Virus record (IMG/VR): IMGVR_UViG_3300044977_000123
Location: 1 to 64,000 of that record
Length of the DNA: 64,000 bases
Strand: one strand, 5' to 3'
Source of the DNA: a virus
A program made the position numbers and the translations under genes. Positions 19,947 through 31,792 of the stretch are shown here, in pieces. The stretch's first letter is position 1. Every line of letters starts with the position of its first letter. The notes below the pieces were generated by a model. It did no database searches and was not told the DNA's origin. It was given only the letters and a program-made list of their open reading frames with translations.

Positions 19947-20440
19947 CCGGCCGCGCCTGGGTTGTGGTGACCGGTAGCCGCGACTTCAGCGACTACCGGT
20001 CCCTGGCGACGGTCTTGAACGAGACGTGGCACGACGCCACACAGGACGGCTACAGCGGCCTCACGCTCATCCACGGGGCAGCGAAGGGTGCGGACAGTCT
20101 GGCCGAGCAGTGGTGGGAACGCCACAAGCACCACGGAGTGCAGCAGCGCAAGCACCCCGCCCGGTGGACCGACCCGTGCCGCAGCGAATGCACCCCCGGC
20201 CACCGGCGCACCCGCCGCGACGGCAGCACCTTCTGCCCCGCCCAAGGCAACTACCGCAACCAGCTGCTCGTTGACTGCGCAGCACCCCACCTGCCCGGCG
20301 TCCTCCTGCTGGCGTGCTTTAGCAGGCCGGAATCCAGGGGCACCCGCGATTGCCTCGACCGCGGCATTGCAGCAGGCATTCCGTACCGGCTGATCGGCAA
20401 CCCACCCACCCTCAAGGAGCCATTCCTGTGCTTGATCTGA
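19943..20440 (+). CDS. SLOG-superfamily (DUF2493/YspA-like) protein
   Basis: VVVTGSRDF, LIHGAAKGAD, G.YRNQ.LVD, SRGT. Confidence 0.8.
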   Translation: MTGRAWVVVTGSRDFSDYRSLATVLNETWHDATQDGYSGLTLIHGAAKGADSLAEQWWERHKHHGVQQRKHPARWTDPCRSECTPGHRRTRRDGSTFCPAQGNYRNQLLVDCAAPHLPGVLLLACFSRPESRGTRDCLDRGIAAGIPYRLIGNPPTLKEPFLCLI

Positions 20441-23400
20441 TCCATGCTCCGTGGTCGCCCGTGCAGGTCGCTGCCCTCAACCGGGTCCAGCGCTCGGGCC
20501 GGATGCACCCCTTCACGTGCGGCGCCCCCCATGCACTGCACCAGACGCTGATCGCCGAGACGGACGGCTGGCACTGCCCGGACGAGGCGTGCGACTACCA
20601 GCAGGACTGGGCGCACGGCTTCATGGCCGACCCGGACGCGGTTGCGGCGCTGATCGAGTCGGATCCGCTGCGGCGGCTGGGCGCATCATGATCGAGACCC
20701 TGTTCATGGTCGCCTGCTCGGGTCCGTGCAGGCGGTACCTGGCCTGCGAATTGGGCGACTGGGTTGCCGTACCCGACTACATGCGGGACGTCTTCGACAG
20801 CCGGGCCGAGGCCGAGCAGGCAGCCCGGGATGCCGGCTGGTGGCCGGAACCCGGGCAGCCGATCGCCTGTCCGCAATGCCGGGCGGCGACATGACCGCCC
20901 AGCGCGCCGACGACCAGGTCATGTGCCTGTCCTGCTACAAGCCGACCCCGTTCGCGGAGCTGGCCCTCAACGCCTGGGGTGTGCCGATGCAGCGCTGTGT
21001 GCGCTGCGCCGCACTGGCCTCGGGCTCGGACTGCGAGCCAGCGTGGGCGGAGCGCCCTCGACGCGTCCGGCCGAACATCACCCACCTGCCCGACATAGCG
21101 ACCTTCGAGGAGCAGCCTTGACCACCACCCCATCTGACCAGTCCGTCGCCGAGACCCGCGCGATGGCGCTGGCCATGTTCCCCGACATCCCGTGCTTCTT
21201 CGAGCTGATGGACCCGTCGTGCCCGAAGGCCGCCCTGTGGGTCGTCTACTTCGCGCACGAGGAAGCGACGGACTGCACGCACGACATGGCGTGGCCGGTG
21301 TGCGACGAGCACAAGGCTGCCGTGCAGCGTATGGCCAGCGCGTTCTGGCGGATGTGGCTGCAGGCCCCGCCGGTGCCGTGCGACAAGTGCGGGACACCGA
21401 TCCGGCTCGACAGGGTCGAGGCGATCCGATGACCACCACCCTGCCGCCGTTCTCGGGCAGCCGCCCCACCTGTCCGAAGTGCGGGCACCACGAGGCCCGC
21501 ACGACCTGGCGCCCCGAGGATCAGCTGTGCTCCTGCCGGACGCCGACCGGCATCGGCGAGCGTCTGTGTCGCGAGTGCTGGCGTTGCAGCTACCACTGGA
21601 ACGAGGCCCTCGCTGTCCACGCCGACACCACCCCGGAGGCTGAGCGTCTGCCGCTGGGTCAGCAGTTCGACATCCGCACGGCCTACGGGATGCAGGCGTC
21701 GAGTGTGCTCGTCACTCACCCCGCGTCCGGGCTGCACAAGGTGCTTCGCTGCGGCAACCCGGCAGCCGCCGATGCGGCCACGGTTCCGCTGTACATGTTC
21801 CAGGCGCTGCTCGACGATGTCGACGCTTGGGGGCGGCAGCCCATCGGGGCGAGTTGTGCGCCGGCCGCCGAGGAAACTGAACCGAACAACCTGGAGCAGC
21901 CGTGACCGACCTTCAACCCGCCTGGGACGCCGCGATAGCCGCCTGCCTGAAGGGCCACGCCGACTGCTCGTACGGTGGCATGACCCCGTCCGGCGGCTAC
22001 TGGCTCGCCGCCGAGGGCTGCACCGAGAACCACTGCGAGCGCTGCGCCTGGTGCGGCGCCGAAGCGGTGACCGGGTTCGCTGGCTGGGGCGATGACGGCT
22101 CGTCGATCTGGGGTGTCCCGGCCTGCCAGCCGTGCGCCGACCGGTGGGTGGCCGAGCACCCGGAGTGGAAGCGCCGCGACCTGGACGACGCACCCGTCCA
22201 GTCGTTGGCCGAGGCTCTTGCCGACGCCAAGGCGGAGAAGGAGCGGATGCTGGCCGAGATGGATCCGATGGTCCGGGAGCTCTGTCTCGATGCGGACCGC
22301 AGGATGGAGAACCTGCTGTTGTGGGGCAATTCCGACGGGCCACCGCCGGATGCCAAGCCGGGGAAGATGTTCGGCGGACTCATGGAGGCGCTCGGCCTGG
22401 ATGGGGACGAGAACATCGGTGGGACGAACACGGGTCTTCGCCGCCAGGACCTCGACGTGGCCATGGCGGCGCTCTTCCCCGAGCCCCCCGAGCAGCGGGT
22501 GGCGCGGATCCTGACCGACGCCGGCTGGACCGATGCCGCACTCGCAGGCGGGAAGAGTGAGCCGAAGTGGGCGACGGACGCGTGCCCGTCGGACTGCCCG
22601 CACACCAGCGTCGAGCATTGGCACCACTACTTCTGCGACGCCCCGTACGTCGCTGGTCCGGACGGCATCCTGGAGCCACCTGACTTCACCGGCGTTGCCG
22701 TCAAGCTGGTGCCGAGAGTGCCGCCCATCAGGAAGCGGAGCAAGAAGTGATCGACGACATGAGCGCGTGGCCTCATCGTGATTTCCCGCTGTCTCTGATG
22801 TTCTGCACGCTGGAGGTCGGCACGACGATCCTGCTGCGTGCTGGCGTTGATGAGCGGCTGCTGCGGGTGATCGAGGAGCTGCGGCCGGGCAGTTGGCGGG
22901 TCCGGCCAACAACCAGCGCACGGCCCCTGAACGCCGAGTACCGGCGGAGGCAGCGGACGCGGGCGAAGCGGAGGCGACGGTGAACATCGTGATCGGGTTG
23001 GCGCTGCTCGTCTACGCCGTCCTGCTCGCCACCTGGGTGGTCCGCGAGCACCGCCGGATGCTCCGGCGCGAGCGGGCATTCACCGAGGCGTGCCGGGCTG
23101 AGGAGCAGGCGAAGACGGCGGCGTTGATCGAGGAGATGATGGAGCGGCATGGCTGACGACGAGTTCCGCAGCAAGGTGATCGAGAGCCTCGCCGGGGTGT
23201 GGCTGGAGTTGGAGATCGAGGAGCAGGTGTACTGCTATCAGATCCACGGGGAGGCCATCTTCCACCCTGCGACGCACACGATCCGGCGGCGCACGAAGGC
23301 CCGGATCGTCGGGCCAACGGTCGTCGAGGACGAGGAGAACCTGTGGCCGGCGCCTGCCCCTGCGGCCACGGCCCGGATCTTGCCTGCCTGAACGGCCGCA

Positions 23401-23802
23401 TCTACGGCCCGTACGGCACCGAGTCGTGCTTCGGGCCATGTGCCGACACCTACGGCTACTGCAAGAGCCTGGACGGCTGCTGCGACCCCGAGAACCAGGA
23501 GGACAACGATGCCTGATCGCGCCCCGCTCGACGACCCGGCCTACACGCCGGAGCATCCGCCCGTCGACGGGATCATCCCCGCCGTGGTGGCCCGGTGGGG
23601 TGCGGTGTCGCAGCGGCGCTGGTTCCGCCGGTACTGGGCGGAGTTGGCGCAGCAACAGGGGCAGGACCTGCGGCAGTTCTTCATCGAGTCCGAGCATCAT
23701 CGGGGGCCGTGCTGCCTGTCCTGCGCAGACGAGTGGGATGCGGGGACGGGCGTGATCATGGACGGCTGGTGCTGCTGCCGCGACGAGAGGGCCAAGGCGT
23801 GA
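20428..23802 (+). other. small hypothetical genes: 20428-20691, 20688-20894, 20891-21121, 21118-21432, 21429-21905, 21902-22750, 22747-22983, 22980-23156, 23149-23391, 23343-23516, 23509-23802
   Basis: chain of overlapping start/stops; many CxxC Zn-ribbon motifs. Confidence 0.55.
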
Positions 23803-23966
23803 CGGAGCATGAGGCCCTGCGCGGCCCGACCCGAGGCCAGTTCAAGGTCTGCTACTGCACCGCCCCGTGCTGCCGCCGGGTGGTGGACGGCCGCTCGGTG
23901 TGCATCTGCGCCGGCTGCCGGGCCGTGCCGGAATGCGCGGGGAACCAGGCGGTGAGCGATGGTTGA
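23799..23966 (+). CDS. 8-Cys mini-protein (copy 1)
   Basis: GTGA coupling; CYC..CC...CIC..C....C; paralog at 29828-29983. Confidence 0.65.
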   Translation: MTEHEALRGPTRGQFKVCYCTAPCCRRVVDGRSVCICAGCRAVPECAGNQAVSDG

Positions 23967-24887
23967 CCTCGGCCCGCTCGCCCCGTGGCCCCCGATGTTC
24001 CCGTGGCCACCCGCCGGCGACTGGGTCCGGATCACCTCCGTGCTGGACTGGGTCACGGGCGAGTTCGTGCCGCTGCCCGGCGAGATCCACCGCGATGACC
24101 TCGACTGGCTGTGCCGATCCTGGCAGCCGGTGCTGGAGATCGAACGACTCGTACGGGCTGCGGCCCGGGGAGGGGCGGGATCAAGGTGATGCGCTTCTTG
24201 GCCCTGTGTCCGTGGCTGGTCGCCCTGTCGACGCTCGGGGCGGTGATCGGTGTTGTCGTCGGCCAGCTGGCGGTGACGATGACGTGCGGGTTCATGCTCC
24301 TGGTCGTGGTCAACGCCGGTTTGATCGTGGCGGACTTGACTCTTGCCCGACTGGACAGCGAAGAGGCCGTCGCGCCACCGGAGCGGACGGCCCGCTTCCC
24401 CAACGGCGAAGGCTGCCCGCCCGGGACGTGTCCGGTCTGCGGCCAGCACGACCCGGACCGACTGGAACGCTGCTGGGGGCATCTCGACGCGCACCCGTCG
24501 TGCGCGGAGTGGGTGCGCGAGCTGCCGCAGCTCACCAGGGAGCAGTGGCGGGAGCAGATCCACCACTTCCCCAGCCGGAGCGCCGAGGCGCTCCCGACGA
24601 TGGCGGGCATCCGGCCGTCCGAGATGCGCGAGATCCTGCAGGAGATGGGCAACCCGACGCCCCATCCGACCGAGCAGGAGATCGACCGGTACATCAGCCG
24701 CAAAGCCCACCAGCAGCGACGTATGGCCGAGCAGGCCGCCTGTCCCCACCGGGACATCCGCGCCCTGAACGACCAGACGGACGTGTGCGGGGACTGCTTC
24801 GCGATCCAACGCCCGATCCCCGAGTCGCTGATCCAGAAGCCCACACCTCCGCCCGATCCTGGCCCGGCGAGTCCCCGGGCGAAGTGA
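23959..24887 (+). other. two hypothetical genes: 23959-24189 and 24186-24887 (two N-terminal TM segments)
   Basis: overlapping ORFs. Confidence 0.55.
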
Positions 24888-24924
24888 GCGGCGGCCGTCC
24901 CCGCATGTCGGGACGGCCGCCGCT
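24887..24924 (+). terminator. terminator hairpin ending the left arm
   Basis: AGCGGCGGCCGTCCC...GGGACGGCCGCCGCT 15-bp stem right after the last + gene. Confidence 0.7.
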
Positions 24925-25084
24925 GTCGCGCAGGTACCGGGGTCGACTGCCTGTCGGCCGGGGTGCGCACCAACGACGCTACGGCGCGGCACTGACAGGC
25001 GGTCGGGAACGGGGACTCTGCGGACGGTGCGTCGGCGGATCTGCTAGGCGGCGTCCCAGATCGTGTCGCGTTCGAGCATCGTCG

Positions 25085-25252
25085 TCAGCGGTGCCTACCG
25101 GGGCGCGGCGACGGCTGCCCCTGCGGCTGCGGGAACTTCGACTGCTGGGCGGCGCGGCGGCGGGCGGCTCGCGCGGCCAGGGTGATGAGCAGCGCCGGGA
25201 TGCCGACGATGACCAGCAGGATCAGCAGTTCAAGGATCCGGTTCTCGACCAC
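25085..25252 (-). CDS. small membrane protein
   Basis: LELLILLVIVGIP TM segment. Confidence 0.45.
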   Translation of the reverse strand: MVENRILELLILLVIVGIPALLITLAARAARRRAAQQSKFPQPQGQPSPRPGRHR

Positions 25253-25345
25253 GTCGACGCCCCCAAAGATTCCAGCGAGAGGCAGACGATAGCGCACCCG
25301 CCCGGCCCGGCGATACGCAGTTCAGCTGCGGGGGTAACCGCATGG

Positions 25346-25723
25346 CTATCGCCGCGGTCGCGCCGCGGGCATCAGCATGAGCTGCCGTTCGACGACCTCG
25401 ACCTGCGCCGCGAGGGCCTTGAGGCGGGCGGCTTCGGCGCCGTGGGCGTCGAGCAGAGCCTTGTACGCGTCGGCGGGCAGGAGGTCGGCGAGGACGCGGG
25501 TCGCGTCGCGGTAGGACTCGCGGAGGCTGTCGAGCTGGCGGCGGAGGGTGGCGGTGGCGCAGAGCGCGAGGACCCACGGCTCGTCGGCGAGGACGTTGTG
25601 ACGCCAGCGGTCGGCGGGGACGGTGTCCGCGAGCCACGCTGCGACGTGCGTGTGCCAGCCGGGTGTGGTGGGTGGCGGGACGGCGGCGGGCCAGTGGGGC
25701 GGAGTGCGGAATCGCTCGGACAT
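25346..25723 (-). CDS. hypothetical protein, probably SOS-regulated
   Basis: PPHWP..VPPP..PGW..WL.D..P motif; LexA box over the start codon. Confidence 0.7.
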   Translation of the reverse strand: MSERFRTPPHWPAAVPPPTTPGWHTHVAAWLADTVPADRWRHNVLADEPWVLALCATATLRRQLDSLRESYRDATRVLADLLPADAYKALLDAHGAEAARLKALAAQVEVVERQLMLMPAARPRR

Positions 25724-25743
25724 ATGTTCGATTATGCGTTCGA
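25716..25743 (-). promoter_or_regulatory. LexA (SOS) box plus a degenerate second box
   Basis: minus strand TCGAAC-ATAT-GTCCGA vs actinobacterial consensus TCGAAC-N4-GTTCGA. Confidence 0.7.
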
Positions 25744-25762
25744 GGGGACGCAAAAGGCCAGC

Positions 25763-26140
25763 TCAGGCCTGTCCCCACTGGGGGATCACGATGCCGTCGT
25801 TCTGGCAGTACATCCGCAAAGCATCCACCGCCGTCCGATAGCCCGCCTCGAACTGCGTCATCTGACCGACCAATTCGCTGGGAGTATCGCCGTTCGGCGA
25901 GTAGTCAAGCTCGCTGGTCAGGGTTTCGGCATCCTCGCCGAGTTGCGTGTCGAGCCGTACAGCAGTATCCGGATCCGCGTTGAAGTTCTCGTTTGCCTTG
26001 ATCCACTGCAGTACGAGGCCACAGAACGCCGCCTGCTGCTTGTCCAGCTCCGCCTGACTCGGCCCTGAGGGTGCCGATGAACAGCCAGCAGTGGCCAGGA
26101 CGACGGTCGTGAGGAGTGAAACGATGATGGCCTTAAGCAT
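25763..26140 (-). CDS. lipoprotein
   Basis: MLKAIIVSLLTTVVLATAG-C lipobox; lower GC. Confidence 0.7.
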   Translation of the reverse strand: MLKAIIVSLLTTVVLATAGCSSAPSGPSQAELDKQQAAFCGLVLQWIKANENFNADPDTAVRLDTQLGEDAETLTSELDYSPNGDTPSELVGQMTQFEAGYRTAVDALRMYCQNDGIVIPQWGQA

Positions 26141-26550
26141 GATCCCCCCGGGTTGACCTGCGCGGAGCCTAGCGGAGAGCCCCCCGGGCCTGTCCACGCC
26201 CAGGACGCGCTCAGCGAAGCGGGCGGCCAAGCCGGCTACCACCCCGGCCATACCGCCCGCACTGCGTGGAACCCTCCACGAACAACAACAGCAGCCCGGC
26301 CAGCATCCCACCGGGCCGGATAGAAGCCGCCCCAAAATCAGGGGAAGCCGCAGATTGCTCCCCACCGCTCACGACCCGCTGCTCCCCGCGATCGTCGTCA
26401 CCGGCCGGCTGACCGGCGCAACGAGCTCGGCATCGGCGGCGTCCAGGTCGCCCGGCGCTGCGCCGGGCCCTCCACCCGCCCGGCAGCTGCCAGGATGCAC
26501 ACCGCGCCCAGCAGGAGCACGCTCGGAAGAAACGCCTGCAGGAGGCCGCC

Positions 26551-26739
26551 ATGCTCGTCGTCCTCGCGATCCTGATCGTGGTCGCTATCGCGTTCGGAGT
26601 CCTCGGCGTGATCATCAAAGGCCTGTTCTGGCTCTTCGTGGTCGGCGTCGTACTCCTCGCGATCTCCCTCGTCATCGCCGGAATCAAAATCGGCAGCCAC
26701 CACAGGTCACGCAACAAGACCCCCGGGCCGTCCGTCTGA
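26551..26739 (+). CDS. small two-TM membrane protein
   Basis: RBS AGGAGG; hydrophobic. Confidence 0.65.
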   Translation: MLVVLAILIVVAIAFGVLGVIIKGLFWLFVVGVVLLAISLVIAGIKIGSHHRSRNKTPGPSV

Positions 26740-26741
26740 CT

Positions 26742-29700
26742 TCACGGCCGGAGCATCCGTTGCGGCCCCGGCAACACCGCCTGCGCCTCCAGCTCCGCGA
26801 CCCGGGCCGCGAGCCGGTCCCGCTCAGCCCTCGCCGCAGTCAGTGCCGCCACCCACTCGATCAGCTCGTGCGACTCCAGATGCTCGCGGACAATGATCTC
26901 CTCGGCGGTGTACTGGCGCATGAGGCCAGCGCGGACGATTTCCTCGGCGGTGCCGCCGGGTACGGCACTGAAGTCGGGCACGCCCTGGTCGTGGGTCCAG
27001 CCGCAAGCCAGCGGGCACAGGTACCGCATTGTCGGGGTCACTGCTGCTCCCCTCGGTCTCGCCTGTCGCCGAGCGCAACCACGACCCGGCCGCCCATCCA
27101 CGTCCCCGCTGCAGCCAGCACGCCGAACGCCCCAAGGAACGCCCCGACGCTGTGGCAGTCGGGCAGCCACGTCGCCAGCCCGGCCAGCACCAGCGACAGA
27201 GAGGTCACCACGCCGGCGTACAGCACGATCAGCGGCATCAGCGGATCCCGGATCACCGCTGCTCCTCGCCCGTTGCGGCCCCGGCAACGCTGGCCGGCGC
27301 GTGGTGCAGGTGCACGTGGGCGGCGTAGTCGTGCCGTGCCATATCCGGGCTCTTGAAGCCACCGCTGCCCCAGCGGGTGCTCGGGTGGACATCGGAGGCA
27401 CAGCGCCAGGCGTAGGTCCGAGGCAGCGGCTCCACGTAGACCGGCGACTCAGCGACGACCGGCGCCGCCTGCCCGTCGGCCTTGGCCTGGTGCTGCGGAT
27501 CCTGGCAGTCCATCGTGGTCCACTTCTCCTTCTTCCGGCAGCTCTTGAAGAACTCGCCGGCCCACGCCTCCCGCTCCAGTCCGCGCGCAGCGAGCAGCTC
27601 ATCGAGCTCGGGCCCGGCGGCGAGAACAGCCCGCCCGGTCTGGCAGGCCCGGGAGACGTACGGGGCGAGCGGCAGCACCGCGAGGATGTCGGCGGGGACC
27701 TGCGTGACCGGCGAGCTGTAGAACCCACCGTCGGGGTCCACGGCCCGCATCGCTGCCCGGGCGAGCGGCAGCCAGCCGTCCTCCCGCCGATGCCCGAACA
27801 CCTTGCCGCGCGCGAGGATCGGCCCCGGGCCCATGCCAACGCGCAGCAGCACCTCGTAGTCGGACACCGGCGCCAGACCCGACAGATTCGCGATGTCGAA
27901 GCGGGCGATCGGACGAACCTGGCCCTGGTCGCCGCCGGGCCACTCCTCGATGCGGATCACGAGCATGCGGGGGTCTCCTCGGTGCAGCAGTCGGGGCACG
28001 GCTTGCCTTTCGGCTCGCCGTAGATCGGGTCGAGGCCCTGCGAGAAGTCTGGGATCTTCCCGCGACCGTGGCAGCGCGGGCACAGTGGTGGTGGCGGGTC
28101 GAGGGCATCGGCGAGACGCTGGCGAACCCACCCGGGGAGGGCGTCGAGTGCAGCAACCTCCCGGACCCGCACCAGCTGCTCCTCGGCGGTGTCCGCGACC
28201 GGGATCCCGACGCGCCGGCACTCAGCCCGGATCGAGGCAGCCGCAGCGGTCGCGTCATCGCGGGACATCAGCGGATGCCCGACGACCGCTCGGACCAGTT
28301 CCCGGAACGCGTTGCCGTCGACATGCGGATCCCAGGCGGCGAACGTGATCCGGCCGAGCTGGTGGTGCAGCGGCGTCGCTTCCGCCGTCCAGTCGGTCAT
28401 GGCCCGGTTGAGCATCTCGCCGATGCTCTCCAACTCGGCCTCGGCCTTCTCGGCTCGCTCGTCGGCTGTCCGGCAGGCGTCGAGCATCCGTGAGCACGAC
28501 AGGCAGTTGGTCTCCCAGGTGATCGCGTTGCGATATTCCAGCAGCTCCGCGAGGACCGCCCGCAGATCGTCGGCGGCATCCGGAAGCCACGTCGGGGCAT
28601 CCAGCCATGCGCGGACGCGGAGGGCGGGATCGTCGGTCATCACAGCTCCAGGGTGATCGTGAGGGTGCGTTTCGACGCCGTGAGGTACATCTGCCGCTCG
28701 CTCGGCCAAGACGACTCCGGCGCGACCGTACTGACCTTGACCTCGGCGAACTGGACGTTCGACATCTCCACCGTCTGGATCACGCCGCCGGGCTGCGTCA
28801 GCGTCATCTCGGCATGGTGGGTAACGGTGGAGTGGTTGAGGAGGATGCTCTGCACCGGGCCCGTCTCGACCGGGCCCATGTCCAGTCCGGTGAGCAGGTT
28901 GTCGCCACCACGGGCGGCCAGGGCGACGCGGAGGAGTTGGACGTGCTGCTGGAGGGCGAACTCCCGCCGCGAGGCATCCCCCAGTACCTCGGTTGCGAAC
29001 CCGCCCACGATCGCCTCGGCCGTCTCCGGGTAGTCCGGGTGCTGCTCGCACCAGGATCGGACGATGCTGAACAGGGTGCTGCGGGCGGTCACTCGGTCAC
29101 GTCCCCATCGGGCCCGAGCCCACCGACGCTGAACATGCCGTCCGCTGCGAACACGGCCTTGATGTCGGCAAGCGTCATGCCCTCGAACGGCAGCACGCAG
29201 TCCGGGCAACAATGAGCCTCGGCCGGGAGCGGCTTGCCGCAGTAGCAGCAGGGGTCGCCGGGCTTCTGGGGGGCGTGACCGCAGGGGCTGTCGTGATCCG
29301 GATGTCCGGGGATGTCGCACCGACCGGCTTGTGTGTCGGCGCACCAGCGGCACAGCTTCGTGCCGTCCGGGTCGTGCCAGTGCGCCTGATAGGTGTCGGT
29401 GCAGCGGGGACAGGTGAAGGTGTCGCTCACGGGTTTCCGTCCTTCTCGATCAATCTGGCCGCGAACCGCAGCTGCTCCACGCTCAACGTCACACCGTCGG
29501 GGCCGCGCACCGGGAAGCCGATGTCGGCATACTGGAGCAGCCGTGCAACGGCCTCCCCGTGGTCCTTCTCGTCCCGGTCGACGGTCATCAGGTACAGCCG
29601 CAGATCCGGGCCGACCGTGATCGAGTGCGACAGGTTGGCGTCCGACCATTCGAGGTTCACGCCACCCGCTTCGGTCGGGTAGATCCGGACGGGTTCCTGC

Positions 29701-29831
29701 TGCTGCGGCAGGGCGTCGGCGATGATCCCGGCGCGGAGCAGGGCCTGCGGACTCGGAGCCTCGCCGATGCCGTCCAGCCAACCGGGCTTGAGGCGGCCCA
29801 GCTCGCCTATGCGATCCCAGATGCGGGTCAC
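26742..29831 (-). other. hypothetical genes: 26742-27041, 27038-27256, 27253-27966, 27957-28640 (CxxCxGxG), 28640-29092, 29089-29430, 29427-29831
   Basis: chain of overlapping start/stops on the minus strand. Confidence 0.55.
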
Positions 29832-29983
29832 TTCAGTCCCTCGTTTCCTCGACAGCCGGGCAGTGCCCGGCATCCCTCGCACACGCATTGCCCGTCGCGG
29901 CGGCAGCACAACTCGGTGCAGTAGCAGACCCTGAAGCCACGGGCCGGGCCGCAGTGGGCGGCGTGGAAGCCGGCCGGGGTCAC
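29828..29983 (-). CDS. 8-Cys mini-protein (copy 2; absent from the ORF track)
   Basis: hand translation VTPAGFHAAHCGPARGFRVCYCTELCCRRDGQCVCEGCRALPGCRGNEGLK; coupled on both sides. Confidence 0.7.
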   Translation of the reverse strand: MTPAGFHAAHCGPARGFRVCYCTELCCRRDGQCVCEGCRALPGCRGNEGLK

Positions 29984-31060
29984 CATCGGTCGACCGATGC
30001 GTTGCCGATCCGCAGGTACTCGTCGCAGGCCCCGGCCCAGCGGTCCCGCCCCTCATCCTGGTCGCTGAAGAGCCGCCATTCGCCGTACGGGCACTCGTAG
30101 AAGCTGTCCGGGCCGTCCGTGGCGAGCTTGGCTATCTCCACCGCGTCGTCAACGTCGCAGGCCTGCTTGACGACGTTGAGCATGTCCCACGGCTGGAAGC
30201 TTCGGCGCGCACCGAAGACCTCCTGCTGGTGGCCGCCGCTGACCCAGTCCCGGCCCTCGTACACGTCGGGCGTACTCACGACGGGGATGATCTCCCCGCG
30301 CCGGAACGGCCACTCGGGCGGCTCGGTCGGGCCCGGCGTCCACGTGCCGGTGATCACCACGAAGCTGATCCGGTCGAGCGGCACGGTCTGCTGCCCATTC
30401 AGCAGCCACAGCAGTTCCTCGGCCTTGGTGTCGCGGCCGGTCACGTAGTCGAACACTTCGATCCCTCTTTCCCGATCAGGTGCTCGCCGAATTCCAGATG
30501 CGCCCCAACGACCGTCGTCCAGCGCCGGGATGTCCAGCCGCAGTAGCACGACGCCCAGCAGCCATGACGGCCAGTGCGATACAGAGTCGGGTAGTGAGTC
30601 ACGGCCGACTCTCCGGCGTCCAGCAGTCGTCGCGGATCGTCCCGTCCGGCCACCAGTGCGTGCGGAATGCCGACAGCACCCAGGTGCAGGTGCGGCGCTG
30701 CTGATCCCAGTCGTGGCCAGTGGGGACTTCGGCATGGGTTCGCCCGCATCCGGGGCAGAGCCACACGTCGGGAAGTTCTCGGGCCTGTTCCAAGGTGATC
30801 CATGTGGCCTCAATGTCCTCGTCGGCGAGCCAGCGCCGTGCCGCCTCTTTCGCGCGCTCTGGGGTGCGTGCCGCGAGCGCCGTCGACCAGTAGCGCTGCG
30901 CGCCGGGGTTCCGCTTCTTGTTGCGGGCGAGGTAGTACCAGCAGATGTCGCCGAGCATGAAGCCGTAGCGGTCGTCAGGAGCGGGGTCCAGCCAGTCGCC
31001 CGGGTTGAGGTAGGCGTTCTCGTCTTTGATGTACGGGCCCATCACGAACACGTCGGTCAC
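29980..31060 (-). other. hypothetical genes: 29980-30456, 30441-30602, 30599-31060
   Basis: overlapping ORFs, RBS. Confidence 0.55.
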
Positions 31061-31422
31061 GTCGCCTCCTGGTAGGGCGTGGCGAGCGCCGTCAGCACGG
31101 CCCGGACGCGAGTGTCACGGCCGCAGGTGCACTGGGCGTCGACCATCTGGTCACAGTCGCACCAGCCGGTCTCGTCGACCGCGTGCTCCCACCCCAGGGC
31201 CTCGTCCAGCAGGGTCCGCCGCCCAGCGACGTCGGCCAGAACACGGTGCGGGTTGAAGTGTCGCCAGAACTGGTCGGCTGCCGGACCGCCGACGCCGTAG
31301 AAGTCCGGCTCCCGGAACATGTCGCGGGCAGCCATGAGCAGGCCCTGCGCCACGCCGTGGTCACGAGCCAGCCAGTCGCGGACCTGCTTGACCAGCGCGG
31401 CAATCTCCGGCGACTCAGGCAT
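31057..31422 (-). CDS. DUF6221-like protein
   Basis: HFNPHRVLADVAGRR.LL...VLTALATPY. Confidence 0.6.
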   Translation of the reverse strand: MPESPEIAALVKQVRDWLARDHGVAQGLLMAARDMFREPDFYGVGGPAADQFWRHFNPHRVLADVAGRRTLLDEALGWEHAVDETGWCDCDQMVDAQCTCGRDTRVRAVLTALATPYQEAT

Positions 31423-31792
31423 GGGATTCCTCGCTTGGCGCCTCGTTGCGGAACGGTCCGTCGGCCCGCTGCACGATGATCGTCAGGAGTGGCCCAGCCT
31501 TCGGCGCCCGCTCCCCGTACGGCCACGCCGCCGAGCCGTAGCCTGCATGGCTCCAGTCCCGCTCGATGACCCGGTACTGGCCACACTCGTTCGCTCCGGG
31601 TTCGAGCCGCCACTTGGGCGTCCACAGCAGCAGCGTGTCGCCAACCGCAGGCGGCATCAGGAACGGCACGAAGCCGTCCGGCGGCGTGCTGGATGCGGCC
31701 TGGAGCGTGTCGTAGCGGAACTTGCCACCGTCGGCCGGAACACGGACGTAGAACGAGCAGATCGGCGAGAACCGCAGCAGGTCATCGATCAC
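31415..31792 (-). CDS. hypothetical protein
   Basis: overlaps both neighbours. Confidence 0.55.
   Translation of the reverse strand: MIDDLLRFSPICSFYVRVPADGGKFRYDTLQAASSTPPDGFVPFLMPPAVGDTLLLWTPKWRLEPGANECGQYRVIERDWSHAGYGSAAWPYGERAPKAGPLLTIIVQRADGPFRNEAPSEESHA

Noticed and set aside
21902-22750. Capsid-like fragment (ENLLLWGNSDG)
   Set aside because: Only a short resemblance within a mosaic ORF; no other structural-gene evidence.
23867-26068. Long ORFs such as 733 aa (+), 6915-8873 (-) and 3405-5006 (+)
   Set aside because: Arg/Pro/Gly-rich shadow frames typical of high-GC DNA, overlapping better-supported genes.
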